DNA of 64,000 nucleotides, from positions 88,117-152,116 of the forward strand of contig BQJC01000004.1 of assembly GCA_021604505.1 (NCBI GenBank), given 5' to 3'. The notes under the pieces are model-generated. The model saw only the letters and a list, made by a program, of their open reading frames with translations. It did no database searches and was not told the DNA's origin. Source of the DNA: Nitrospinaceae bacterium (GTDB taxonomy: Bacteria > Nitrospinota > Nitrospinia > Nitrospinales > VA-1). The first letter of the stretch is position 1. Each line of letters begins with the position of its first letter. This document shows positions 55,508 to 64,000 of the stretch, one piece after another. The translations under genes were made by a program, and so were the position numbers.

Positions 55508-57805
55508 ATGAAATTTCATGGGGCGGTCGCTCTATGCCTCTATTGTCTGATAATCGGTATCGCCCTGCCCTCGCAGGCTTTTGAAGACAAGATTGAGAGT
55601 TATAAAAAAGCCATTGAGGCCGATCCCAACGATTATGCCCCGCATTTTGCATTGGGGCAGATCTATCAGACCCTGGGACTGCACGAAGAGGCTATTTTCG
55701 AATATAAGGAAACCCTTCGTCTCGAGCCTCTTTTTTCGGCGGCTTATCACGGCCTTGGCGGCAGTTACGGCGAACTGGAACGATTCAAGGAGTCAGAGGC
55801 GGCCTACCTGGAAGCCACCCGCCTCGACCCCAACTATGCGGAGGGTCAATACGGTCTGGGCTGGGTGTACAGCAAGTTGGGCAAGTGCAAAAAGGCTCTG
55901 GAACCCTTAAAGGTCGCCATCAGCTTAAAGCCCGATTTGACCGCGGCCCACTATACGTTGGGCCACTGTTACGCCGAGCTCGGCCAGCCTGAGAAAGCCA
56001 TCGAGGAGTTCAACGAAACCCTGCAATTGACTCCTCTTTATTTCGAGGCGCATCTGGGCCTGGGTCATAGTTACCTGCTCCTGAAAAAATACGGCGACGC
56101 GATCGCCGCTTTTCAGGAAGCCCTTGAAATCAATCCCGGTTTTCATGAAGCGCTCACCGGAATCGGACAGGCTCATATTCAATCCGGGCGTTATCAAGAC
56201 GCCCTCGAACCTCTAAAGTCCGCGCTATTGATCAACCCCAAAGACGACAAAGCCTACGAAGCGTTGGGAGAAGCCTACCAAAAGCTGAAGAATCATCAAA
56301 AAGCTCTGAATGCATTTCAAAGTTTTGTCAAAATCAAATACCAGAATCCCGTGGCACATTATAAGCTGGGACAGGCCTACGCCAATCTGGGCCAGACTCA
56401 AAAAGCCATCAAAAGTTTTGAAAACGCCGTCAAATGGAACCGGGATTACGCCGCCGCCTATTTCAAAATCGCCTGGCTTCACCAAAAAACCAGGCAATAT
56501 CCCCTGGCCCTGAAAAATTATCAGGAAGTGGTCCGCATCCAGAAGAACAACAGCCGGGCGTATTTTAATATGGGAACCATTCACGAGCAGATGAAGCGCT
56601 ACAATCTGGCGGCGGATGCTTACAAGCAGGTCCTTAAAATCAACCCAAAGCACCCATCGGCGCACCAGCGGTTGGGAGAAAATTACCTGAAATTGAAATG
56701 GTACGAACCTGCACGCGATCAATTCCAACACGCCGTCGTCATCGATCCAAAATCCGCTGACATGCAATACAATCTTGGACTCACCTATATTGAATTACAG
56801 CAATACCGGAAAGCCATCAAACCGTTGACCACCGCCGTCAAACTGAATCCCAAACACCCCGACGCTCATTTCGAACTGGGGTTTGCGCACGTCAATCTGA
56901 AACAATACCAGAAAGCTCTGAAACCTTTGAACCAGGCCGCCAAAAACGACCCTGAAAACCCGCTGACCCGGTTGAGTCTCGGCATCTCCTACAGTGAGCT
57001 CGGACGCTACAAGGAAGCCCTGCCGCATTTGGAAAAGTCCATTCAAATCGCTCCCAACATCTCCAAGGCTCAATTTTTTCTGGGAATGGCCTACGCGCGA
57101 TCGGGCCGGTTTGAAGACGCCGTGGAACCCTTAAAGGCGGCTATCTCCCTGACCCCCGATTTTCTTGAGGGATACGACCGACTGGGAGCGGTATTGGTGG
57201 AATTGAAACGCTATGACAGCGCCATCAAAATTTACCAGGCCGGAACCAAACTCGACCCCAGGTTTCTGAACGGCTTCATCAATCAGGGTTCCATCCACAC
57301 CCTGCTCGAAAACCATGAAGAAGCCCTTAAAAATTTTGCAGAGGTGATTCGAATCGATCCGAACCACATTCAGGCCCACTATAAAACAGGACTCATCTAC
57401 GACGTGCTCGGGCGGTTCGATGAATCCATTGAAAAATATAAAAAAGTCATTGCAATCGACCCCACCTTTGCGGATGCCTACTCCAGCTTGGGCTGGGCCT
57501 ATCTGGAAATGAACCGCCCCCTGGAAGCCGTCGCCCCCCTCAAACAAGCCATTCGTTTGAATCCCGCCAACGCCAACGCATATTTCAACCTGGGTTGGGC
57601 GTACGGCGAAACCAAAAATTTCAAGGAAGCGACCCGTCAGTTTGAAGAGGCCATTCGTTTGAATCCCAACCACAGCGGGGCGCAGGAACGATTGGAACTG
57701 GCGAAAAGAAAGTTGAATGGAGATGTAAAAGACAATGGGAAAAACCCCACAAAAACCCGAAAAACCCGAAAACCGGGTCATCCGGTGATCATCATCACGC
57801 CCTGA
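55508..57805 (+). CDS. Secreted tetratricopeptide-repeat protein (about 20 TPRs)
   Basis: Signal peptide, then uninterrupted 34-aa TPR units (A..Y..A..L.P....A...LG). Basic C-terminal tail. Confidence 0.85.
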   Translation: MKFHGAVALCLYCLIIGIALPSQAFEDKIESYKKAIEADPNDYAPHFALGQIYQTLGLHEEAIFEYKETLRLEPLFSAAYHGLGGSYGELERFKESEAAYLEATRLDPNYAEGQYGLGWVYSKLGKCKKALEPLKVAISLKPDLTAAHYTLGHCYAELGQPEKAIEEFNETLQLTPLYFEAHLGLGHSYLLLKKYGDAIAAFQEALEINPGFHEALTGIGQAHIQSGRYQDALEPLKSALLINPKDDKAYEALGEAYQKLKNHQKALNAFQSFVKIKYQNPVAHYKLGQAYANLGQTQKAIKSFENAVKWNRDYAAAYFKIAWLHQKTRQYPLALKNYQEVVRIQKNNSRAYFNMGTIHEQMKRYNLAADAYKQVLKINPKHPSAHQRLGENYLKLKWYEPARDQFQHAVVIDPKSADMQYNLGLTYIELQQYRKAIKPLTTAVKLNPKHPDAHFELGFAHVNLKQYQKALKPLNQAAKNDPENPLTRLSLGISYSELGRYKEALPHLEKSIQIAPNISKAQFFLGMAYARSGRFEDAVEPLKAAISLTPDFLEGYDRLGAVLVELKRYDSAIKIYQAGTKLDPRFLNGFINQGSIHTLLENHEEALKNFAEVIRIDPNHIQAHYKTGLIYDVLGRFDESIEKYKKVIAIDPTFADAYSSLGWAYLEMNRPLEAVAPLKQAIRLNPANANAYFNLGWAYGETKNFKEATRQFEEAIRLNPNHSGAQERLELAKRKLNGDVKDNGKNPTKTRKTRKPGHPVIIITP

Positions 57806-58130
57806 ATTCCGGCAAGGAATTATCCTTCCAGGGAAGCCTCACGATCAAAAACCGCTCAGACCCATTGTCAATCAAATAACCTCAGCAAAACAAATGGATT
57901 ACCGTTTTTCCCGGTCTTGAAAAAGGCGAACGTCGCCTAAGGAGTGCAACATCCGATTGGTCTTAAAAGTGTCTATCCGGTAACCGGAAAAACCCTCAAT
58001 AGAAATAAAAAATCGCTGAAGAAAAAGGTTTTCAACTCAGTATTTTGCGAGGCGCCATTTCGATCAAAGACTTTTACCAAGGGCCTTCAAAACAAAGGAG
58101 TTTTACCTCATCAGGGAATCAATAAATAAG

Positions 58131-58160
58131 TTGACATAAATTAAACTCTGCCTTTATACT
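58131..58160 (+). promoter_or_regulatory. Candidate sigma70-type promoter for the nuoE-G-D genes
   Basis: TTGACA (58131-58136), an 18-nt spacer, then TATACT (58155-58160). This would give a leader of about 140 nt before the ATG at 58304. Confidence 0.45.
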
Positions 58161-58303
58161 TCCCCCTCCACCCCGTAGTTCGTGGAAGCGCGGCAGAAAA
58201 ATAAACTCAAACCTCATGAAGACAGGGTTTTTAATTTATCAGTTTAACCCCGAAAGTCTTTTATAATAGATACCAATATTTTCTTATAAAAGAGTGATCC
58301 TTT

Positions 58304-58870
58304 ATGGAAACCAACGATACGGCACTAGCAACCGACACCAGCCCGGAAGAAGAAGAACAACCGGTAGATCTGACTGCAGGGAAAGAAATTATCGGCAAAA
58401 TTCCGGACACTCCCAATAATAGACGGTATCTCATCCCCACTCTGCAGAAAATCCAGGATGCCTACCGTTATCTGCCCGATCCGGTGATCCGGCTCCTGAT
58501 GGCCAAATTGCGCATTGCCCGGGCCGAAATTTTCGGAGTGATCTCGTTTTATCCCGGACTCATGATTGAAGAGCCCGGCAAATACATCATCAAACTGTGT
58601 TATGGAACGGCCTGCTTTGTTAAAGGGGCCGAGATCATCGCCAACAAAATCCAGGAAAAGTATCATATTGGTCCCGGAGAAACCGACAAGAGCAAATTAT
58701 TCACCATGCAAACCGCCTCCTGCCTCGGCAACTGCGGCGCCGCTCCCATGGCCATCATCGGGGAGGACACCCACGGAACCATCGATCCTGAAAAAACACT
58801 GCCAATGCTGGCTTGCTACAAACTGGAGGAGGACGCACCAGCGGAGACCGAGGAGATAACGTCTGAATGA
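58304..58870 (+). CDS. nuoE: NuoE/HoxE-type thioredoxin-like [2Fe-2S] subunit
   Basis: CYGTAC...CLGNCGAAP cysteine pattern. Acidic N- and C-terminal extensions. Confidence 0.8.
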   Translation: METNDTALATDTSPEEEEQPVDLTAGKEIIGKIPDTPNNRRYLIPTLQKIQDAYRYLPDPVIRLLMAKLRIARAEIFGVISFYPGLMIEEPGKYIIKLCYGTACFVKGAEIIANKIQEKYHIGPGETDKSKLFTMQTASCLGNCGAAPMAIIGEDTHGTIDPEKTLPMLACYKLEEDAPAETEEITSE

Positions 58871-61497
58871 GCACCGTCGTCAAGAAAACCATAAATCTGA
58901 AAATTGATGGCAAGGAGGTCACCGCACCGGAAGGCACCGTGATTCTGGAAGCCGCAAAGCAACACGGTTTCGAGGTGACCAACCTCTGCTACAACAGAAA
59001 ACTGAAGCCCTTTGCGGCCTGCCGCACCTGTATGGTAGAAACGGTCACCGACGGCGAGAAGGAATTGGTGTATTCCTGCACCCATCCCGTGGCCGAAGGC
59101 ATGGAGGTGAAAACCAACACCGAGGAAACCGACCGCTACAACAAAGCCTGCCTGGAAATGCTTTTAGTGGAGCATCCCCTGGACTGTCCGATTTGCGACA
59201 AGTCCGGAGTCTGCCCTCTGCAAGACAACACCGATGCTCTCAAGCTCTACAACGGCCGCTTTGAGATCAACCGCAGGAACGAACCCAGTATCAAGAGCAA
59301 CCCCATCATCGAATTTTATTTGAACCGTTGCATCATGTGCGGATTGTGCGTACGCGCGTGTGATGAAACGCAAGGGGTGCAGGCCCTGGATTTCCACAAA
59401 CGCGGCATGAGCGTCGGCATCGGCACCGCCAACGACGAACCGCTCGATTGCGAGTTCTGCGGGCAGTGCATCACCGTCTGCCCGACAGGCGCCCTCATGG
59501 ACATGACTTCCGAAGCGCGAGGTCTGGCCGCCATGTTCACCAACACCCACACCACTTGCAACTACTGTTCGTGGGGATGCACGTTTCGACTGCAAACCAA
59601 AAAAGGTGAGGTTCTGCGCATTGAGGGAGACGAAGGTTACAACGTCGGCATCAACGAAGGCAATCTCTGTGCTAAAGGCCGGTTCGGGCATGGCATCATC
59701 CACAACGAAGACAGAATCAAATCCCCATTGATGAATTACGGCGGCGAATTTAAAGAGATCAGCTGGGACGAAGCCATTCAAACCATCGCCGAACGAATGC
59801 AAACCACCGTCAACCGAAGCGGCCCTGGGAGTATTGCGGGGATTGGGTCTGAAAAAATGACCAACGAGGAAGCCTACCTGTTCCAGAAGCTCTTTCGCAA
59901 TCAATTCGGCTCCAATCAGATCACCAATCTGGCTAATCTCAGAGCGCCTTACGTCAACCAGTTCATGCTGGACTGCTTCAAAGGCGGCATCGAATCCAAA
60001 CCCGTCACCGAACTTGAGCATGCTGATGTGGTCCTGATTTTCAATTCGGATCTTCCATCCGAATACCCGGTGGGCGGCAACTCCATCCGTAAAGGTGTCG
60101 TGTTTACCGGAACAGATATCATCATCGCCAACCCCAGAGACGTGGTATTCAACAACGAAGCCCAATGCGATATCCGTATGACCTTCAGCCACGGCGCGGA
60201 TCTGGCCGTTATCAGCCGGTTGACCCGGATCATCCTCGACGAGAAACTCATCGACCTGGATAAAGCCAAAGCCGCTGTTCCCAATTTTGACGACCTGGTC
60301 AAATCCTTGAAGCCCTATAGCGCCAAGGATGCAGAAAAAATGACCGGCTTAAAGGATGACATTCTCACTCAGGCGGCCAAACGATTTGCCAGAGAAGCGG
60401 ACCGATTCGTCATTCTCGGCAATGATATTCTAGACACCGGCCAGGGGGAAGATATCCTGAAAGCCCTGCTCAACCTGTCTCTTCTGGTCCATTATGGAGG
60501 GGAAGGCAGCATCAGCATCTATCCGCCCAGGGAGCACTGCAATTCCCAGGGTGTGAACGACATGGGCGTGACACCGGCGTTTCTCCCCGGATATCAACCG
60601 GCTCAGGACCCAGCGGCGTTAGAAGCGTTGTCAAAAACCTGGGAAAGAGAACCATTGAAACCCACAGAAGAGAACCTGGCGGAAGATCTTTTCACCAATT
60701 GCGCCAATGGCAAAACCAAACTGTTGTACATCGCTGGTGAAGACCCGATACAGTCCTACTACAAAGCGGCGCTTGTGAAAGACGCACTGCAAACCGTTCC
60801 GTTCCTTGTTGTCCAGGACGTGTTCATGACCGAAACCGCCAAAATGGCCGACATCGTTCTTCCCACCTCGACGTTTGCGGAAAAAGACGGGACCTTCACC
60901 AATATGACGCGCCATGTCCAACAGGTGAAAGCGGCGACCCTGCCGCAGGGAATGTCGAAACCGGATTTCGATATCTTCTGTGAAATCGCGGACGCTTTGG
61001 ACAAACCGTTCACTCAAAATTCCGTTGAAGAGGTGCAGGAAGAAATCGAACGCACCGTCTCCTTTTATAGTGGAACGATGCCGGGAGATGAGTCCAGGCA
61101 ATGGCCCGCTTCAGGGTTCGCGGACAAACCGGAATTTAAAATTCCTCAGGCTTATCAGGGTGCGGCTTCCAAAGATGGATTCCCATTTCGCCTGCAAACC
61201 AACAATCACATGTTCCATATTGGCAGTTACACCCAGCACGCAAAAGCGCTGGTCGAGGTAGGACCTGAGTGTTACGCCGAAATACACCCCGAAGATGCCG
61301 AATCCCTGAACCTTCAAGAGGGAGACCGCATCGTCGTTGAATCGCAAAATGCTAAAGTGGAAGTGCCCGTGAAAGCAAGCTACGTGACCGCAAAAGGCAT
61401 GGTTTACATCCCGCAAAACTGGGTGGATGTGCCCGTACACCAGTTAAGGAACGGGGAAGAAGGTCTGATCTCCATCAAAGTTTCCAAAGCAGATTGA
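58867..61497 (+). CDS. nuoG: NuoG-like / formate-dehydrogenase-alpha-like Fe-S molybdopterin-fold subunit
   Basis: N-terminal 2Fe-2S (CYNRKLKPFAACRTC), His-ligated cluster HPLDCPICDKSGVCPLQ, 4Fe-4S motifs CIMCGLCVRAC and CEFCGQCITVCP, MopB cluster CNYCSWGC, then a long molybdopterin-oxidoreductase fold. 4-nt overlap with nuoE. Confidence 0.75.
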   Translation: MSTVVKKTINLKIDGKEVTAPEGTVILEAAKQHGFEVTNLCYNRKLKPFAACRTCMVETVTDGEKELVYSCTHPVAEGMEVKTNTEETDRYNKACLEMLLVEHPLDCPICDKSGVCPLQDNTDALKLYNGRFEINRRNEPSIKSNPIIEFYLNRCIMCGLCVRACDETQGVQALDFHKRGMSVGIGTANDEPLDCEFCGQCITVCPTGALMDMTSEARGLAAMFTNTHTTCNYCSWGCTFRLQTKKGEVLRIEGDEGYNVGINEGNLCAKGRFGHGIIHNEDRIKSPLMNYGGEFKEISWDEAIQTIAERMQTTVNRSGPGSIAGIGSEKMTNEEAYLFQKLFRNQFGSNQITNLANLRAPYVNQFMLDCFKGGIESKPVTELEHADVVLIFNSDLPSEYPVGGNSIRKGVVFTGTDIIIANPRDVVFNNEAQCDIRMTFSHGADLAVISRLTRIILDEKLIDLDKAKAAVPNFDDLVKSLKPYSAKDAEKMTGLKDDILTQAAKRFAREADRFVILGNDILDTGQGEDILKALLNLSLLVHYGGEGSISIYPPREHCNSQGVNDMGVTPAFLPGYQPAQDPAALEALSKTWEREPLKPTEENLAEDLFTNCANGKTKLLYIAGEDPIQSYYKAALVKDALQTVPFLVVQDVFMTETAKMADIVLPTSTFAEKDGTFTNMTRHVQQVKAATLPQGMSKPDFDIFCEIADALDKPFTQNSVEEVQEEIERTVSFYSGTMPGDESRQWPASGFADKPEFKIPQAYQGAASKDGFPFRLQTNNHMFHIGSYTQHAKALVEVGPECYAEIHPEDAESLNLQEGDRIVVESQNAKVEVPVKASYVTAKGMVYIPQNWVDVPVHQLRNGEEGLISIKVSKAD

Positions 61498-61544
61498 GTT
61501 TCCCGGAACATTTTTTTATCGAGTAATTAAAAAAAAGACCGCTC

Positions 61545-62735
61545 ATGGCCGATTTAAAAGAACAACTGCATACCGATCACATGGTCCTCAACATGGGGCC
61601 GTCTCACCCCGCCACCCACGGAACCGTCAAGTTTCTGCTGACCCTGGACGGGGAAACGGTGGTAAACATGGATGTTGAGATCGGTTACCTGCATCGCGGG
61701 TTTGAAAAAATGTGCGAGAGCGTGACCTATTCCAACGTTTTCCCCTACACCGATCGGCTGAATTATTGCTCGGCCATCATGAACAACGTAGGCTTTGCGA
61801 TCGCGGTGGAAAAACTTTGCGGCATCGAAGCCACGGACCGTTGCAATTACATTCGTATGGTGACGAACGAACTGGCCCGCATCTCGGACCACTACACCAA
61901 TATCGCCGCCGCCGCTCTGGAGTTGGGCGCATTGACGGCGTTTATTTATTTTGTGGAAGCGCGGGAAATCGTTTGGGATCTTCTGGAAAAAGTATGCGGC
62001 GCCCGGTTAACGTCCAATTACATCCGCATCGGCGGGCTGATGTGCGACCTGCCTCCCGGATTCGACGAAGATTTGCAGACGTCCTACAAAAAACTGGATT
62101 CCCTGTTCGACGACGTGGATAAATTGCTCACCAAAAACCGGATCTTCCTCGACCGCATGCGGGACACAGGCGCCATTTCGGCGGAAGATGCGATCAACTG
62201 GGGGTTCACCGGTCCCTGCCTGCGGGCCTGCGGGGTGGATTACGATGTCCGCAAACAGCACCCCTACATGGGTTATGACCGTATCGATTTTGACATTCCC
62301 CTGGGAACCACCGGCGACAATTTCGACCGCTATCTTGTCCGCATGGAAGAAATCAAGCAAAGCTTTCGGATCATCAAACAAGCCATGAAGGACATGCCCG
62401 ACGGCCCCATCAACGTGGCCAACCCTTATATGCGGACACCGGCGAAACCCGATGTTTATTCCCGCATGGAAGAAATGATCGCCCACTTTAAGATGATCAT
62501 CGACGGGTTGAAACCGCCTGTCGGCGAAGTGTACTTTCCTTCGGAAGCAGCCAATGGAGAACTGGGGTTTTATCTGGTGAGCGATGGAACGGGAAAACCC
62601 TACAAATGCAGAGTCCGCCCCCCCAGCTTCACAATGACCGGGGCCATGGAAACGCTTTGCAAAGGCGGTATGCTCGCTGACATCATTCCCACATTTGACA
62701 TGATCAATATGATCGGCGGGGAATGCGATCGTTGA
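61545..62735 (+). CDS. nuoD: NADH-quinone oxidoreductase subunit D homolog
   Basis: MVLNMGPSHPATHGTVKF, IGYLHRGFEKM, and the C-terminal MINMIGGECDR typical of NuoD/49-kDa subunits. Confidence 0.85.
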   Translation: MADLKEQLHTDHMVLNMGPSHPATHGTVKFLLTLDGETVVNMDVEIGYLHRGFEKMCESVTYSNVFPYTDRLNYCSAIMNNVGFAIAVEKLCGIEATDRCNYIRMVTNELARISDHYTNIAAAALELGALTAFIYFVEAREIVWDLLEKVCGARLTSNYIRIGGLMCDLPPGFDEDLQTSYKKLDSLFDDVDKLLTKNRIFLDRMRDTGAISAEDAINWGFTGPCLRACGVDYDVRKQHPYMGYDRIDFDIPLGTTGDNFDRYLVRMEEIKQSFRIIKQAMKDMPDGPINVANPYMRTPAKPDVYSRMEEMIAHFKMIIDGLKPPVGEVYFPSEAANGELGFYLVSDGTGKPYKCRVRPPSFTMTGAMETLCKGGMLADIIPTFDMINMIGGECDR

Positions 62736-62851
62736 CCTTATCCCGCCTTTCTCGAAAATGCCCTCCATACTTCACAAAAAATAATCGTCGGTTAGAATCG
62801 TATTTTCGGACGTAATCTTTTTTAAACCATTTAACCCGCCCGCCTTCGCCA

Positions 62852-63853
62852 ATGGCAAAGTTTTTAAAGGTTGCCTTTCTTTTAGCCGGTCTCGCACTAT
62901 TCGCATGGTCGCTAAAGTTTGTCGATATGACCCGCGTGCTCTCCCTGCTTTGGGACATAGGATTTGGTTTTGTCCTCATCATGCTGGTCTACGCCCTGGT
63001 CACCTACATCGATACCCTGGCCTGGCGATACACTTTCAAACCTGAACAGGCCCGCAGATTCAGTTCACTGCAACTATGGAGAATACGCCAGATCGGCGAA
63101 GCCTACAATGTCATCACACCTTTCGGAACGGTGGGAGGCGAACCCGTCAAAGCCCAGCTCCTAAAGGATTATCACCATTTGACTTTCAAGCAGGGCTTGG
63201 CCTCGTTAGTCATCACCCGGACAACCCTGCTCACCGGGCTCATTATATTTTTCATCCCCGGGGTTTACATGATTCAAACCTCACAAGTCGTGTCCGGGGA
63301 ATTTAAAAGCGTCAGCCTCGCCGGAATGATCGTGTTCTCCACATTGATCTTCCTGTTCTTTTTATTTCAAATCACCGGGACATTGGGAGTATTGGCGTCC
63401 TGGGCGGACCGGCTGTTTACCAGGAAAAAAGAGGACGGTTTTCTCAGTCATTTACAGGTGTTAAATACCCTGATGTCAAAATATTACAAAGAGCATCAGG
63501 GAAGAGTTTATCTATCCATCCTGTACGCATTGATTGGCTGGGTGGTGGGGTTGGCTGAGCTTTATCTCGCCTTGTATCTTCTTGGCTACAATCCCAGTTT
63601 TCAGGAATTATGGATCATTGAAGCATTGGTCCAACTCATTCGGGTGGGGTCATTTTTTATCCCCATGAGCCTGGGAGCCCAGGAAGGAGGAATGATTCTT
63701 ATCTTTGTCGCCATGGGAATGACGGCGGATTTGGGCCTGACCGTGTCTTTCGTTCGCCGGGTCAAGGAACTGATATGGGTTTCAGCGGGCTTGCTCCTGG
63801 GTTGGAGCCTGGCCTTCAAACCCGCCAAAGTCCAACCCGACACACAAAGCTGA
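62852..63853 (+). CDS. Flippase-like / lysylphosphatidylglycerol-synthase TM-domain family membrane protein (UPF0104-like)
   Basis: 333 aa with about 8 TM helices. The GTVGGEPVKAQLLK motif resembles that family. Confidence 0.55.
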   Translation: MAKFLKVAFLLAGLALFAWSLKFVDMTRVLSLLWDIGFGFVLIMLVYALVTYIDTLAWRYTFKPEQARRFSSLQLWRIRQIGEAYNVITPFGTVGGEPVKAQLLKDYHHLTFKQGLASLVITRTTLLTGLIIFFIPGVYMIQTSQVVSGEFKSVSLAGMIVFSTLIFLFFLFQITGTLGVLASWADRLFTRKKEDGFLSHLQVLNTLMSKYYKEHQGRVYLSILYALIGWVVGLAELYLALYLLGYNPSFQELWIIEALVQLIRVGSFFIPMSLGAQEGGMILIFVAMGMTADLGLTVSFVRRVKELIWVSAGLLLGWSLAFKPAKVQPDTQS

Positions 63854-64000
63854 ATTCGCTGTCCAACAACGATCAAGCGGAATTAAAAAACATCCCTGGA
63901 AACTCCCCGGTCTCTGCCTCTTCCTCCGGGAGTTCGTTTCATGGAGTCGGTAAAAACATCCCCCTGCTGAACCAATCCGTCATGCGCGGTTTTGATGGTC

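Noticed and set aside
57944-58129. 61-aa basic ORF in the long nuoE upstream region.
   Set aside because: It has no RBS, its composition is lysine-rich and low in complexity, and the candidate promoter lies at its 3' end. It is more likely non-coding.

Overview
64 kb of a Gram-negative-type bacterial chromosome, about 50% GC by eye. I cannot assign the taxon from sequence alone. All calls rest on reading the supplied translations and the DNA; no database search was possible.

Gene content in order:
- 1-7.3 kb: cobalamin uptake and late-biosynthesis cluster (TonB-dependent receptor 3' end, cbiA, cobO, a long TonB, cobT) interleaved with secreted repeat proteins and a cytochrome c.
- 7.5-12.8 kb: housekeeping genes (dapL-like, folK, thiI, cysteine desulfurase, ubiX, tmk).
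- 13-15.5 kb: a chemoreceptor with a CXXCH sensor domain.
- 17.4-26.4 kb: an RND efflux pair, then a metal-uptake-like locus (two tandem Cys/His-rich mini-proteins, an outer-membrane barrel, a ZnuA/ZnuB-like pair with no ATPase).
- 27.8-30.6 kb: slyD, a B12-type radical SAM enzyme and a cupin.
- 30.9-36.7 kb: tRNA-Pro(GGG), followed by a 4-gene operon (mini-kinase, ATP-grasp::degenerate-M20 fusion, leaderless GGT, N-formylglutamate-amidohydrolase-like), then a truncated tRNA-like remnant.
- 36.8-46.2 kb: a 2,943-aa secreted mosaic protein (subtilase, HYR, 7-bladed FG-GAP propeller, PKD, FN3, metallophosphoesterase, PASTA, and four copies of an unassigned 175-aa domain), with a stand-alone copy of its prodomain encoded next to it.
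- 46.6-48.5 kb: a heme-oxygenase-like di-iron enzyme plus a formyltransferase.
- 48.5-53.2 kb: a signalling cluster.
- 54.2-57.8 kb: amt and a TPR protein.
- 58.3-62.7 kb: an orphan nuoE-nuoG-nuoD trio.

The strongest candidates for novel biology are the giant mosaic protein with its repeated unknown domain, the ATP-grasp/GGT operon, and the mini-protein metal locus.
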